This document shows, in pieces, positions 39,622 to 49,520 of a stretch of 54,185 nucleotides of DNA. This stretch comes from Nitrospirota bacterium. Lineage in GTDB: Bacteria > Nitrospirota > UBA9217. Below the pieces are notes generated by a model. It saw nothing but the letters and a program-made list of their open reading frames with translations. It searched no databases and was not told where the DNA came from. Location of the stretch: contig JAOUEV010000018.1 of the NCBI GenBank assembly GCA_029858565.1, positions 1 to 54,185 of the forward strand, in the 5' to 3' direction. Both the position numbers and the translations under genes were made by a program. Positions within the stretch are counted from its first letter, which is position 1, and each line of letters opens with the position of its first letter.

Positions 39622-40431
39622 ATGGCGACGAACAACGATAAAGCAAAAGGCGTGCTGGTCGACCTGACGCGCTGCATCGGATGCCGCGGATGCCAGGTGG
39701 CCTGCAAGTCATGGAACGAGCGGAAGACCGGAAAGACCACGCTCGAAGGGGAGTTCACGAACCCCAAACAGCTCAATTCGGATACCTTCACACGGATCGC
39801 TTTTGTGGAGCAGGACAAGGGCGACCAGCCGGTCTGGAGTTTTGTAAAGGACCAGTGCATGCATTGCCAGGACCCGGCATGCCTCTCCGCCTGTCCCGTC
39901 GGCGCCTTCACCCGAACGCCGGAAGGCGCGGTGAACTACACTTTCGAGAAATGCATAGGCTGCAGGTACTGCATGGTGGCATGCCCCTTCAACATTCCCA
40001 AATACGAATGGGAGTCCACGAGTCCCTGGATCAGGAAGTGCACTTTCTGTTCCGACCGGATCGCCGACGGCAAGGTCCCGGCGTGCATCAAGGTTTGCCC
40101 CACGAACGTCATGTTCTTCGGCAACCGCGATGATGTCCTGAAGGAAGCGGAAAAGCGGATCAAGGAGAGCCCGGGCAAGTATGTGGACCACGTCTTCGGC
40201 AAGGAGGAGGCAGGCGGGACGTCGTGGGTCTATCTTTCGGCAATCCCCTTTGAACAGCTCGGATTCAACACCAGCATCCCGGCAGTGAAGCTGCCGAACC
40301 TCACCTGGAACATGCTGGGAGGGATCCCGGCAAAGGTTGGAGCGCTGGTGGTAGGCCTCTCTCTTATCGCCGCGTTCCGCAACCGCGGATCATCACGGTC
40401 GGACGAATCTACGGAAGGAAAGGAGAAATAG
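39622..40431 (+). CDS. fdnH: formate dehydrogenase iron-sulfur (beta) subunit, FdnH/HybA-like
   Basis: Four Cys clusters (CIGCRGCQVAC, CMHC..PAC...CP, CIGCRYCMVACP, CTFC...C...CP) and a C-terminal TM helix. Confidence 0.9.
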   Translation: MATNNDKAKGVLVDLTRCIGCRGCQVACKSWNERKTGKTTLEGEFTNPKQLNSDTFTRIAFVEQDKGDQPVWSFVKDQCMHCQDPACLSACPVGAFTRTPEGAVNYTFEKCIGCRYCMVACPFNIPKYEWESTSPWIRKCTFCSDRIADGKVPACIKVCPTNVMFFGNRDDVLKEAEKRIKESPGKYVDHVFGKEEAGGTSWVYLSAIPFEQLGFNTSIPAVKLPNLTWNMLGGIPAKVGALVVGLSLIAAFRNRGSSRSDESTEGKEK

Positions 40432-40433
40432 CC

Positions 40434-41570
40434 ATGGCAGCGCATTCAACATCTTCAGCCATGCCGGCGCCCGCTGCCGGCTTTAAAGCGCTTATCGCGC
40501 TTGTCGCGATCGGTTTTCTCGCGGCCTTCTACCGTTTCGCCGTCGGCCTCGGCGCATCCACCAATCTGAGCGACGCAGTTCCCTGGGGACTCTGGATCGC
40601 CGTGGACGTGCTCTCGGGCGTGGCCCTGGCCGCTGGCGGATTCAGCATTACCGCCGCGGTGTATATCTTCAATATGAAGAAGTACAAGCCCATCGCCCGA
40701 CCGGCGATCCTGACCGCCTGGATCGGGTATACCGTGGTCGTCATGGGGCTCGCGGTGGACATCGGGAAGCCGCTCAGCTTCTGGCATCCCCTGGTCATGT
40801 GGAATACCCACTCGGTCATGTTCGAGATCGTGTGGTGCATTATTTTGTACTCGACGGTGCTGGCGCTGGAATTCGCGCCGGCATTCCTCGAACGGTTCAA
40901 ACTCACGGGTTTGCTCAAGGTCCTGAAGCTCTTCACCTTCCCGCTGGTCATCGCGGGGATCGTGCTGTCGTTCCTGCACCAGTCTTCGCTGGGGGGACTG
41001 TTCCTGATCATGCCGCACAAGCTCCCTGCGCTCTGGTACACGCCGAACCTGCCCTATCTGTTCTTCCTGTCGGCCATCGCGCTGGGACTGGCCATGGTGT
41101 CTTTTGAGTCCATTGTGAGCGCCCGGGTCTTCAAACATGAGCCGGAGATGGACATCCTGGAGGGGCTCGGCAGAGGAACGATGATCGCTTTGGGTGTCTA
41201 CCTTGCCGCAAAATTCGGAGACCTGGCCGTCCGGGGAAATATTCCCGCCATATTTTCGAGCGGCAAGGCGAGCTTGTTCTTCCTTCTTGAGGTCCTTGTG
41301 GGCGCGGTCGTCCCGATCGCATTGTATGTCCAAAAATCGGTTCGGCGGTCCGCAGGCGGTCTGCTGCTCGCTTCCTCCTGCGTCATTGCCGGGACAATAT
41401 TGAACCGGTTCAACGTGAATTTCTTCGCGCAAGCGGGACCGAACGCGCATTATTTCCCGTCGATCATCGAGATGCTGATCACGGTTGGTCTCGTGTCTCT
41501 CATGATACTGCTGTACCGCCTGGCGGTCACCTATCTGCCGGTGTTCCACGACCAGCAAAAGATGCATTGA
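40434..41570 (+). CDS. NrfD/HybB-type membrane anchor (quinone-interacting) subunit
   Basis: TNLSD.VPWGLWI..D...GVALAAGG, D.G.P...WH, SVMFE, HQSSLG and NRFNV motifs. Confidence 0.88.
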   Translation: MAAHSTSSAMPAPAAGFKALIALVAIGFLAAFYRFAVGLGASTNLSDAVPWGLWIAVDVLSGVALAAGGFSITAAVYIFNMKKYKPIARPAILTAWIGYTVVVMGLAVDIGKPLSFWHPLVMWNTHSVMFEIVWCIILYSTVLALEFAPAFLERFKLTGLLKVLKLFTFPLVIAGIVLSFLHQSSLGGLFLIMPHKLPALWYTPNLPYLFFLSAIALGLAMVSFESIVSARVFKHEPEMDILEGLGRGTMIALGVYLAAKFGDLAVRGNIPAIFSSGKASLFFLLEVLVGAVVPIALYVQKSVRRSAGGLLLASSCVIAGTILNRFNVNFFAQAGPNAHYFPSIIEMLITVGLVSLMILLYRLAVTYLPVFHDQQKMH

Positions 41571-41585
41571 TCCGGCTCTTTTCTC

Positions 41586-41623
41586 GGGGAGGCGGGGCGA
41601 ATTGCACCCGTCTCCCTTTTTTT
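41586..41623 (+). terminator. intrinsic terminator of the fdh operon
   Basis: GGGAGGCGGG/CCCGTCTCCC stem followed by T7. Confidence 0.75.
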
Positions 41624-41728
41624 ATTTCAAGCAGGAAAACGCGGATCGAACACGGAGGTATCGGGATCACGCAGGAAATCCTCGCTGTCTTGCCATGTGA
41701 GCAGTTCCGATTTACCCGGGAGGTCATC

Positions 41729-42313
41729 ATGAGAACTGTATTCTTGCCCGTTCTGCTTATTCTGCTGCTTTGCACGATCCCTGTCCATGCAGGCCAGCGC
41801 GTCAATATTCCCCCTGAGAACTCTCCTACGCTCGGCCCTGATAATGCCCCGGTCACTATATTCGAATTCATTGATTTCCAATGACCGCACTGCGTGGCGG
41901 CCGGTCCGACCGTCAAGAAGATCATGGAAATCTATAAGGGGAAGGTGCGGCTGGTGATCAAGAACTATCCCTACAAGTACCGGGACTATTCCCGAGGCGC
42001 GGCGGAAGCGTCGCTGGCCGCCCGGGAGCAGGGAAAGTACTGGGAAATGCATGATCTGCTGATCAAACGATCGCCCAAGCTCGAGCGAGCAAGTCTCCTG
42101 GCATACGCGAAGGAATTGGGGCTGGATGTTCAAAAGTTCACGGCATCCATCGACGGACAGAAGTTCAAGGCCGAGATCGACCGGGACCTCAAACTTGCCG
42201 AGTCCCTTGATCTGTACAACACCCCGACCTTTTATATCAACGGCAGGCAGGTGATCGGAGAGCGGCCGTTCGAGTATTTCAGGAAGATCATTGACGAAGA
42301 GCTGAAAAAATAA
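41729..42313 (+). CDS. periplasmic DsbA/thioredoxin-like selenoprotein (U-P-H-C)
   Basis: gggagg RBS and signal peptide. VTIFEFIDFQ-TGA(41882-41884)-PHC joins ORFs 41567-41884 and 41894-42313 in frame. cis-Pro loop NTPTFYING. Confidence 0.85.
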
Positions 42314-42349
42314 TTTCGGATTGCGGATTGGAAAAAAGAGGATACAGCG

Positions 42350-43402
42350 ATGAATGGATCGATTGCATTGATGATATGCATGTTTCTTTTCGCAGGCACC
42401 GCATTTGCCGGGAAGCTGGAGCCGGTCGGGCCGGTGCCGGTCCCTTCGGCCAATCCCCAGACCCCCGAAAAGATCGAACTGGGCAAGAAGCTGTTCTTCG
42501 ACCGCAGGCTCTCCGGGGACGGTACCATGAGCTGTTCCACCTGCCATGACCCCGCGCAAGGGTATTCCGACGGCCTGGCGATCTCTCTCAGTTACCCCAC
42601 GACCCGGAACTGGCGGAACTCGCCGACACTTGTCAACGTCGGTTTTCAGAAGTTCCTGTTCCATGACGGCCGTGCTCATACGCTGGAGGAACAGGCGCTC
42701 TTTCCCATGATGTCGGCCTTTGAGATGAACCAGAACCTCGATTTTGCTGAAGAAGAGATCCGATCTGTGCCGGAATATGTGGAGTCCTTCCGAAAGGTCT
42801 TTGGCGGCGAGGTGACCCGTGAGCGAATGGCCATGGCCATCTCAGCGTTCCAGCGCACGCTGGTGTCGGTTGATTCTCCGCTCGACCGTTTTCTGCAAGG
42901 GGAGAAAAAGGCCCTGACAGCGGAAGCGCGGAAGGGCTATGACATCTTCATGGGCAAGGGAAAATGCTCGGAGTGCCATGACGGGGTCAACCTGGCGGAT
43001 GACAGGTTCTACGCGCTCAATGTTCCTGAGAACGCGGAACAGGAGAAGGACCCGAGGGTTGCGGCAACGCGGCGGTTCGTGGCAAAGGTGTCCCATTACG
43101 AGGACTACCAGAACCTTGCCGAGGACCCGGGAAGATTTCTGGTGACCAGGGACAGGACGGACTGGAAGGCCTTCCGGACGCCTACGCTCCGGGAGATCGC
43201 GAAAACCGGCCCCTATATGCACAACGGTATTTTCGAGACGCTGGAACAGGTCATTGATTTCTTTGATCAGGGCGGGGGCAAGGGGAACAGCGTGCTCAAG
43301 CCGCTCAAGCTTTCGGCGGCCGAAAAGAAAGCTCTCGTGACCTTTATGATCGAGGCGCTGTCCGGGAAGGAAGTCCCGTTCCGGTATCCCAAGCTGCCGT
43401 GA
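42350..43402 (+). CDS. diheme cytochrome c peroxidase (bCCP/MauG family)
   Basis: LGKKLFFD.RLS, CSTCH, RNSPT, CSECH, FRTPTLR and PYMHNG motifs; signal peptide. Confidence 0.9.
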   Translation: MNGSIALMICMFLFAGTAFAGKLEPVGPVPVPSANPQTPEKIELGKKLFFDRRLSGDGTMSCSTCHDPAQGYSDGLAISLSYPTTRNWRNSPTLVNVGFQKFLFHDGRAHTLEEQALFPMMSAFEMNQNLDFAEEEIRSVPEYVESFRKVFGGEVTRERMAMAISAFQRTLVSVDSPLDRFLQGEKKALTAEARKGYDIFMGKGKCSECHDGVNLADDRFYALNVPENAEQEKDPRVAATRRFVAKVSHYEDYQNLAEDPGRFLVTRDRTDWKAFRTPTLREIAKTGPYMHNGIFETLEQVIDFFDQGGGKGNSVLKPLKLSAAEKKALVTFMIEALSGKEVPFRYPKLP

Positions 43403-43440
43403 TTCTCATCTTCCCTCTTCAGACCTATCGGATTCCCAGC

Positions 43441-43477
43441 GGCCCGCTTCCTTCCGGAGGCGGGCCATGAGTTTTTC
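43441..43477 (+). terminator. putative terminator
   Basis: GGCCCGCTTCC-TTCC-GGAGGCGGGCC with a downstream T-run. Confidence 0.5.
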
Positions 43478-43568
43478 AACAGAAACACTGCGTTCCAAGA
43501 ATCTCCTTGCGAAGCCCTGCTCAGTGTGTTATTTTCCGACATTCCAAACAACCGGAGGCGGATGAAGA

Positions 43569-44102
43569 ATGAGGATCGTACCTGTTCTTTTGCTCTGTGC
43601 GGCAGGAGTTCTCGGTTTCGCTTTTACGGCTCAGGCCGAGTTCTATAAATGGACCGACCGCGACGGCAGGGAGTTCTATACCAATGAGCGGGAGAAGATC
43701 CCCGCCGAGTATCGCCATGCGGCGCGGTCCGTGGAAGTGCATGATGAGCGGGTGAGCGTCGGCGGTAAGCCGGCAGCTGAGGTTTCCCGTACCGCGCCGA
43801 TGCCTGAGCATCGGGACAAGAATGGCAGAGGCGAGGCATACTGGCGAAAACGCGCCGAGAACCTGCGCAGGCAGATCCGGGAACAGGAAGCCGAGCTCGA
43901 GCTGCTCAACCGTCAGGACCGGGAAGATCAGGCAAACGCAAAAAGAACGAGTGCCAAGGCCAGGAAAAAAGCCGGATCAGCAAGGGACAAGAAACGCGCC
44001 AAGATAGAGAAGAAGATCGCCTTGCTCAGGCACGACCTTGATGTAGAACTTCCCGAAGAGGCACGCAAGGCTGATGCCTATCCCGGATGGCTGCGGGATT
44101 GA
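43569..44102 (+). CDS. DUF4124 domain secreted protein
   Basis: Signal peptide, then AEFYKWTDRDG...YTN...IP; coiled-coil C-terminus. Confidence 0.8.
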   Translation: MRIVPVLLLCAAGVLGFAFTAQAEFYKWTDRDGREFYTNEREKIPAEYRHAARSVEVHDERVSVGGKPAAEVSRTAPMPEHRDKNGRGEAYWRKRAENLRRQIREQEAELELLNRQDREDQANAKRTSAKARKKAGSARDKKRAKIEKKIALLRHDLDVELPEEARKADAYPGWLRD

Positions 44103-44154
44103 CCGTGGTCCGCCGGGGACAAACACTGCAAAAGGCCGGACCGAACCGGAGACC

Positions 44155-44829
44155 ATGAAAAAGATCATCATCGCAGAGAACATCCTGAAAGTGGTGGGCA
44201 GCGCCAACTCCATGTTCCGGCGGGGCGGTATCGAGGTGCATCCCGCGAAGACGTCGGAAGAACTGCTGGCCCTCCACCGACAGCATAAAGCCGACATCAT
44301 TATCACCGATTTTGCCCTGCCGGTCATGGGCGGGGCGCGGCTCTGCGCCGAAATTCGCGGAGACGATTCGTTGAAAAACGTTTCCATCATCCTTGCCTGC
44401 GAAAAAATGCATGTGAGTCCGGCGCTCTGCGGCAACGCCGGCGCAAACGCCATGATCGAGAAGCCGGTCGATCCGGTCGAACTGTTCATTAAGGTCTCCG
44501 AACTGATCGCGGTGCCGCCGCGCCGGGATATGCGCGTGATGCTTCGCGTTGCCGTCTCCGGCGGCGCGGCCGGCTCCCCCTCCTTTGCCACGTCCCAGAA
44601 CATCAGCATCTCCGGGATGCTGCTGGAGTCGGCCGTCGAACTCAAACCGGGCGACCAGATGGACTTCGCCTTTACTATCGGACACACGGAGATCAAGGTG
44701 ACCGCAAAGGTCATGCGGGTCGAGGCGACGTCGTCGGGAAGGTATCAGTGCGGGGTGAAGTTCGTGAACCTCGACACGAAGTCGCTGATCGTGATCGAGC
44801 AGTATGTCAAATCGCGCAGCAAGTCGTGA
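44155..44829 (+). CDS. receiver domain plus PilZ (c-di-GMP-binding) protein
   Basis: REC: IIITD, GA...KP. PilZ: RRDMR and NISISG. Confidence 0.85.
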   Translation: MKKIIIAENILKVVGSANSMFRRGGIEVHPAKTSEELLALHRQHKADIIITDFALPVMGGARLCAEIRGDDSLKNVSIILACEKMHVSPALCGNAGANAMIEKPVDPVELFIKVSELIAVPPRRDMRVMLRVAVSGGAAGSPSFATSQNISISGMLLESAVELKPGDQMDFAFTIGHTEIKVTAKVMRVEATSSGRYQCGVKFVNLDTKSLIVIEQYVKSRSKS

Positions 44830-44860
44830 TCAAGAGCAAGAACGTTTCGGAGGACCAGCA

Positions 44861-47332
44861 GTGGAAGAACGATATGACGCAAAAGCGGTCGAGCAGCGCT
44901 GGCAGCGCGAGTGGGCCGGCCGCAAGACCTTCTCGGTAACCGAGGACCCCTCGAAGCCGAAGTACTACTGTCTCGAAATGTTCCCCTATCCCTCGGGCAG
45001 GATCCACATGGGCCACGTGCGCAATTACTCCATAGGCGACGTGGTGGCCCGGTACAAGCGGATGCGGGGCTTCAACGTTCTCCATCCCATGGGCTGGGAT
45101 TCCTTCGGCCTTCCGGCGGAGAACGCCGCCATCAAGAACAATATCCCTCCGGCGAAATGGACCATCGAGAACATAGCGTTCATGCGCGACAAGCAGCTTA
45201 CGCGCATGGGTCTTTCCTACGACTGGGACCGGGAGGTCACCACCTGCCTGCCCGAGTACTATCGCTGGAACCAGTGGCTCTTTCTCAAGATGTATGAGAA
45301 AGGCCTTGCGTACAAGAAGCTTTCCTATGTCAACTGGTGTCCTTCCTGCTCGACGGTGCTTGCCAATGAGCAGGTGGAGCAGGGGCTCTGCTGGCGCTGC
45401 AGTTCCGTGGTGAGCCACCGCGAGCTGGAGCAGTGGTTCTTCAAGATCACCGCCTACGCGGAGGAGCTCCTGTCGTCGTGCGACACCCTGACCGGCTGGC
45501 CCGAGCGGGTCCTGACCATGCAGCGGAACTGGATCGGCAAGTCCGTCGGCGTTGAAGTGGATTTCACGGTCGAAGGTTCCGGTGAAAAGCTGGCGATCTT
45601 CACCACCCGGCCGGACACGCTCTTTGGCGTCACTTTCATGAGTGTGGCCCCGGAACATCCGCTGGTCGAAAAACTGATCGCCGGACGGCCGCAGGCAGAT
45701 GAGGTGCGGGCTTTTTGCCAGCGCGTCATGCGGCTGGACAAGGCGGCCAGGACCGATGAAAGCCAGGAAAAGGAAGGCGTCTTTACCGGCGCGTATGCGA
45801 TCAATCCGCTGAACAACGACCGGGTGCCGGTATGGGTGGGGAACTTCGTGCTGATGGAGTACGGCACCGGCGCGATCATGTCCGTGCCTGCTCATGATCA
45901 GCGCGATTTCGAATTCGCGAAAAAATACGGCATTCCCGTGCGCGTGGTGATCCAGAACGCCAAGAACGATCTTGATCCCGCGACGATGAAGGAAGCATAC
46001 ATCGTTGAAGGTGCCATGGCAAACTCCGGCGCCTTCGACGGAACGCCGAGCGGTCAGGGCAAGGAGAAGGTCGCGGACTTCGTGGAGCAGAAACAGATCG
46101 GCAAGCGGACCGTGAACTGGCGGCTCCGGGACTGGGGCGTTTCACGCCAGCGGTACTGGGGCACGCCGATCCCGATGATCTACTGTGATGCCTGCGGCAC
46201 GGTCCCGGTTCCCGAGAAAGACCTGCCGGTGCTGCTGCCTGAGGATGTCCAGCTCACGGGCATGGGATCGTCGCCGCTCGCCGAATCACCGTCCTTTCGC
46301 GAGACGGCCTGCCCGAAATGCGGGGGAAAGGCGAGGCGCGAGACGGACACCATGGACACATTCGTGGACTCGTCGTGGTACTTCCTTCGCTACTGTTCGC
46401 CGAGGTCGTCAGGCGCTCCCTTTGACAAGGATGCGGCTTCCTACTGGATGAACGTGGACCAGTATATCGGCGGGATCGAGCACGCGGTGCTGCACCTGCT
46501 GTATGCGCGCTTTTTCACCAAGGTCATCCGCGACCTGGGGCTCTACAACGGGGATGAACCCTTCAAGAACCTGCTTACCCAGGGCATGGTGATCAAGGAC
46601 GGCGCCAAGATGAGCAAATCCAAGGGCAACGTGGTGGACCCGGACTCGATCATCAACAAGTACGGGGCCGATACCGCGCGGCTCTTTTCACTCTTTGCCG
46701 CGCCGCCGGAAAAGGACCTCGAGTGGAACGACCAGGGCGTTGAAGGTTCCCACCGGTTCCTTCACCGGATCTGGACCGTGGTGCATCGCTTCGGTCCCCG
46801 GGTCGCGAAGCTCAATGCCGCGGGCGCGGAAGCGCGGGGAGACCGGCTGTTCCGGAAGACCCATCAGACGATCAGGAAAGTGACCGAGGACATCGAACGC
46901 CAGTTCCAGTTCAATACCGCGATCGCGGCAATGATGGAGCTGGTGAACGAGATCTACGATTACACGTCCAAGGACGTCCAGGATGATAAACTGGCGGTGA
47001 TAAAGGCCTCGCTGGAGGCCCTGACCTTATTGCTTGCGCCGTTCGCGCCGCACTTTGCCGAGGAACTGTGGGAAGGGCTCGGACATCAGCCGAGCGTCGC
47101 TTCAGCGGGATGGCCTGTCCATGATCCCGAGGCCATCAAGGAATCGGAGATCATCGTCGTCGTCCAGGTCAACGGCAAGGTGCGGAGCAAGCTCACGCTG
47201 CCTGCCGGCACAGCTGCCAAGGATATCGAGGCCGCAGCGCTGTCCGATCCCAAGACAGCGGAGCACCTGGCAGGGAAGACGCCGAAAAAGGTGATCGTGG
47301 TGCAGGGCAAGCTGGTTAATATTGTGGTGTAG
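44861..47332 (+). CDS. leuS: leucine--tRNA ligase
   Basis: HMGH (HIGH) and KMSKS motifs; GTG start after ggagga. Confidence 0.97.
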   Translation: MEERYDAKAVEQRWQREWAGRKTFSVTEDPSKPKYYCLEMFPYPSGRIHMGHVRNYSIGDVVARYKRMRGFNVLHPMGWDSFGLPAENAAIKNNIPPAKWTIENIAFMRDKQLTRMGLSYDWDREVTTCLPEYYRWNQWLFLKMYEKGLAYKKLSYVNWCPSCSTVLANEQVEQGLCWRCSSVVSHRELEQWFFKITAYAEELLSSCDTLTGWPERVLTMQRNWIGKSVGVEVDFTVEGSGEKLAIFTTRPDTLFGVTFMSVAPEHPLVEKLIAGRPQADEVRAFCQRVMRLDKAARTDESQEKEGVFTGAYAINPLNNDRVPVWVGNFVLMEYGTGAIMSVPAHDQRDFEFAKKYGIPVRVVIQNAKNDLDPATMKEAYIVEGAMANSGAFDGTPSGQGKEKVADFVEQKQIGKRTVNWRLRDWGVSRQRYWGTPIPMIYCDACGTVPVPEKDLPVLLPEDVQLTGMGSSPLAESPSFRETACPKCGGKARRETDTMDTFVDSSWYFLRYCSPRSSGAPFDKDAASYWMNVDQYIGGIEHAVLHLLYARFFTKVIRDLGLYNGDEPFKNLLTQGMVIKDGAKMSKSKGNVVDPDSIINKYGADTARLFSLFAAPPEKDLEWNDQGVEGSHRFLHRIWTVVHRFGPRVAKLNAAGAEARGDRLFRKTHQTIRKVTEDIERQFQFNTAIAAMMELVNEIYDYTSKDVQDDKLAVIKASLEALTLLLAPFAPHFAEELWEGLGHQPSVASAGWPVHDPEAIKESEIIVVVQVNGKVRSKLTLPAGTAAKDIEAAALSDPKTAEHLAGKTPKKVIVVQGKLVNIVV

Positions 47333-47333
47333 C

Positions 47334-47395
47334 TAAAATCCGGAATTTAAAATCCGGAATTTGGAATGCGGAATGCGGAATGCGGAATGCGGAAT
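47334..47395 (+). repeat. 7-nt-period tandem repeats: (TAAAATCCGGAATT)x2 and (GCGGAAT)x4
   Basis: Read directly; overlaps the lptE start region. Confidence 0.9.
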
Positions 47396-47914
47396 AAAAT
47401 AAGAACAATACTCCTGCTTCTTCTAGTCATGACCCTGATCTCCTGCGGATACAGTATGTCCGGCAGGGGGCTGCTGGCGCCGGAGAGCGCGAAAACCATC
47501 GGCATTCCGTCATTTCTGAACAACACGAACGAGCCCTACATCGATGTGGAGATCACCAAGGCCGTGGTCAACGAGTTCATTGCCGACGGGAGGCTCCGTG
47601 TCGTTGATGTGGACGCCGCCGATCTCGCCCTCCGGGGTACGGTCACCCACTTCAGCGTCACCGCGCTGTCCTATACCCCTGATGCGTATGTGCAGCAGTA
47701 CAACATCAGGCTCGTCGTGGATGCAAGGCTGGACGAACGCGCAACGGGCAAGACCCTCTGGCAGGAGCGGGGCATCGAAGCGATCTTCATTGCCGACTAT
47801 CCCGTGACCATCGGCGAGATCCGGGTGACCAAGGTCGCCAAGGACGCAGCGCTCAAGAAAGCGAGTCAGGACGTTGCGTGGACGCTTCGGAGCAGGGTGC
47901 TGGAAGGATTCTGA
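47387..47914 (+). CDS. lptE: LPS assembly lipoprotein LptE
   Basis: Lipobox ISCGY; conserved leuS-lptE-holA order. Alternative in-frame start at 47366. Confidence 0.85.
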   Translation: MRNKIRTILLLLLVMTLISCGYSMSGRGLLAPESAKTIGIPSFLNNTNEPYIDVEITKAVVNEFIADGRLRVVDVDAADLALRGTVTHFSVTALSYTPDAYVQQYNIRLVVDARLDERATGKTLWQERGIEAIFIADYPVTIGEIRVTKVAKDAALKKASQDVAWTLRSRVLEGF

Positions 47915-47917
47915 CGC

Positions 47918-48916
47918 ATGACCAAATATGACGATCTCATGCGGGGACTGCGGCAGGGCAAGATCCTGCCGGTCTATCTCTTCTTCGGGGACGAGGAGTT
48001 CCTGATCCAGGAGGCTGTCTCCCTGATCCTGGCAAAGACCGTGGACCCGGCGTCGCAGGATTTCAACTTCAACACGGTCTACTGCAAGGGGACGTCGGGC
48101 TCAGAGATCGTGAACCTCGCCCAAACTCTGCCATTCATGTCCGAACGACGGACGGTCATTGCCAAGGAGGTCGAGGCGCTCAAGGCAGCGGACCTTGAGG
48201 AGCTCGTCGCCTATCTGAAGGACCCTTCGCCCAGCACCTGTCTTATCCTGCTCGTGAACCAGCCGCGCTTTGAGAAAAAATCCGTGATCAACGCAGTGGA
48301 GTCCCAGGGCGCAGTGACGAGGTTCTTCGCGCTCCTGGACCGGGAGATCATCCCGTGGATCAGCGGATGGGCGAAGGCAAAGGGCCTTACGATCCAGAAT
48401 GACGCGGCGCAGTATGTGTGGCAGACCCTTGGCAACGATCTGCAGGCGATCAACAACGAGCTTGAGAAGACCGCGGTCTCCCTGAAGGACCGGAAATCGA
48501 TCACCCTTGACGATGTGAAGTCCGTGGTAGGGGATTTCCGCGATTTTACCTCATTTGACCTCGCGGAGGCGGTTGGCAGAAAGAACCGTGAGCGGGCCTT
48601 CCTGGTCCTCGGACGCCTGATCCAGGAGGGAGAACAGCCGGTGGGGCTGCTCGGATCCATCGCGTGGAACTACCGGCGTATCATGCGGGCGAAGTCCCTT
48701 GAGGCCGCCGGCGTCGGTTACGATGAGATCAAAAGGAAACTGAACATCATATTTCACCAGTCCGCGGCGTTCCAGGACCAGATGCGGCGCAATGACCTGC
48801 AGGAGCTGCAGGGCGCTTTCGGGGCGCTGCTGGACGCGGACCGGGCGCTGAAATCCGGTTCCTTGAACGGACGGCTGGTGCTGGAACGGCTGGTCCTGCG
48901 GCTCTGCGGGATATGA
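47918..48916 (+). CDS. holA: DNA polymerase III delta subunit
   Basis: YLFFGDEEF, TLPFMSERR, ELEK and D.ALKSG motifs; synteny. Confidence 0.93.
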   Translation: MTKYDDLMRGLRQGKILPVYLFFGDEEFLIQEAVSLILAKTVDPASQDFNFNTVYCKGTSGSEIVNLAQTLPFMSERRTVIAKEVEALKAADLEELVAYLKDPSPSTCLILLVNQPRFEKKSVINAVESQGAVTRFFALLDREIIPWISGWAKAKGLTIQNDAAQYVWQTLGNDLQAINNELEKTAVSLKDRKSITLDDVKSVVGDFRDFTSFDLAEAVGRKNRERAFLVLGRLIQEGEQPVGLLGSIAWNYRRIMRAKSLEAAGVGYDEIKRKLNIIFHQSAAFQDQMRRNDLQELQGAFGALLDADRALKSGSLNGRLVLERLVLRLCGI

Positions 48917-48925
48917 AGGAACAAT

Positions 48926-48960
48926 AAAAAAGCGCCGACCCCTATACAGGGGAGGCGCTC
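48926..48960 (-). terminator. rpsT terminator
   Basis: Minus strand GAGCGCCTCCCCTG-TA-TAGGGGTCGGCGCT followed by a T-tract. Confidence 0.7.
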
Positions 48961-48997
48961 AGGTTCCTGGTACTGATTCCGGACTTCTCGGCTTCGC

Positions 48998-49303
48998 TTA
49001 GGCGGTTGCCGCTTTTCCGATGGCGCTGACCTTGCGGGACAGCCGGGAGACCTTCCGTGCGGCAGTTGACTTATGGATCACGCCTTTGGACGCAGCCTTG
49101 TCCAGTGCTTTCATGGCCGCGACCAGCGCGTTCTTCGCCGTATCGCCGCTCTTGGCTTCGATCGCTTCCTCGACCTTCCGGGCAAGGGTCTTGAGCATGG
49201 ATTTCACGGACTTGTTGCGATCATGCAGTTTAACTGCCTGGCGCTTTCTTTTGATACCCGATTTGTTTCTCTTTGATTTTGATTTTGCAGGTGCTGTGGC
49301 CAC
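48998..49303 (-). CDS. rpsT: 30S ribosomal protein S20
   Basis: KSGIKR.RQ, DKAASKGVIHKSTAARKVSRL motifs; aaggagg RBS. Confidence 0.95.
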   Translation of the reverse strand: MATAPAKSKSKRNKSGIKRKRQAVKLHDRNKSVKSMLKTLARKVEEAIEAKSGDTAKNALVAAMKALDKAASKGVIHKSTAARKVSRLSRKVSAIGKAATA

Positions 49304-49520
49304 AGAGAGCCTCCTTCACGAATTCTGAAACAGGCCATTTTTTTAACATGAAACAGCCATTGCTGTCAAGGGAAAAGAATCAATGTGAGGCGCATTTATC
49401 CCTTTGCAGATCCGCTGTTTTTTGCTAGAGTGAGCAACCCCGCCTCCGGTCCGCAGCAGCCGGCCGGGCTCAAGACCGCTTCGGAGCGAGCGGTCATCGT
49501 TATTCCGGAGATGTGAACGC

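Noticed and set aside
47334-47395. Heptamer repeats as a CRISPR array or as a phase-variation switch for lptE
   Set aside because: There are no spacers or cas genes. The last ATG (47387) stays in frame whatever the repeat number, so slippage would not frameshift lptE.
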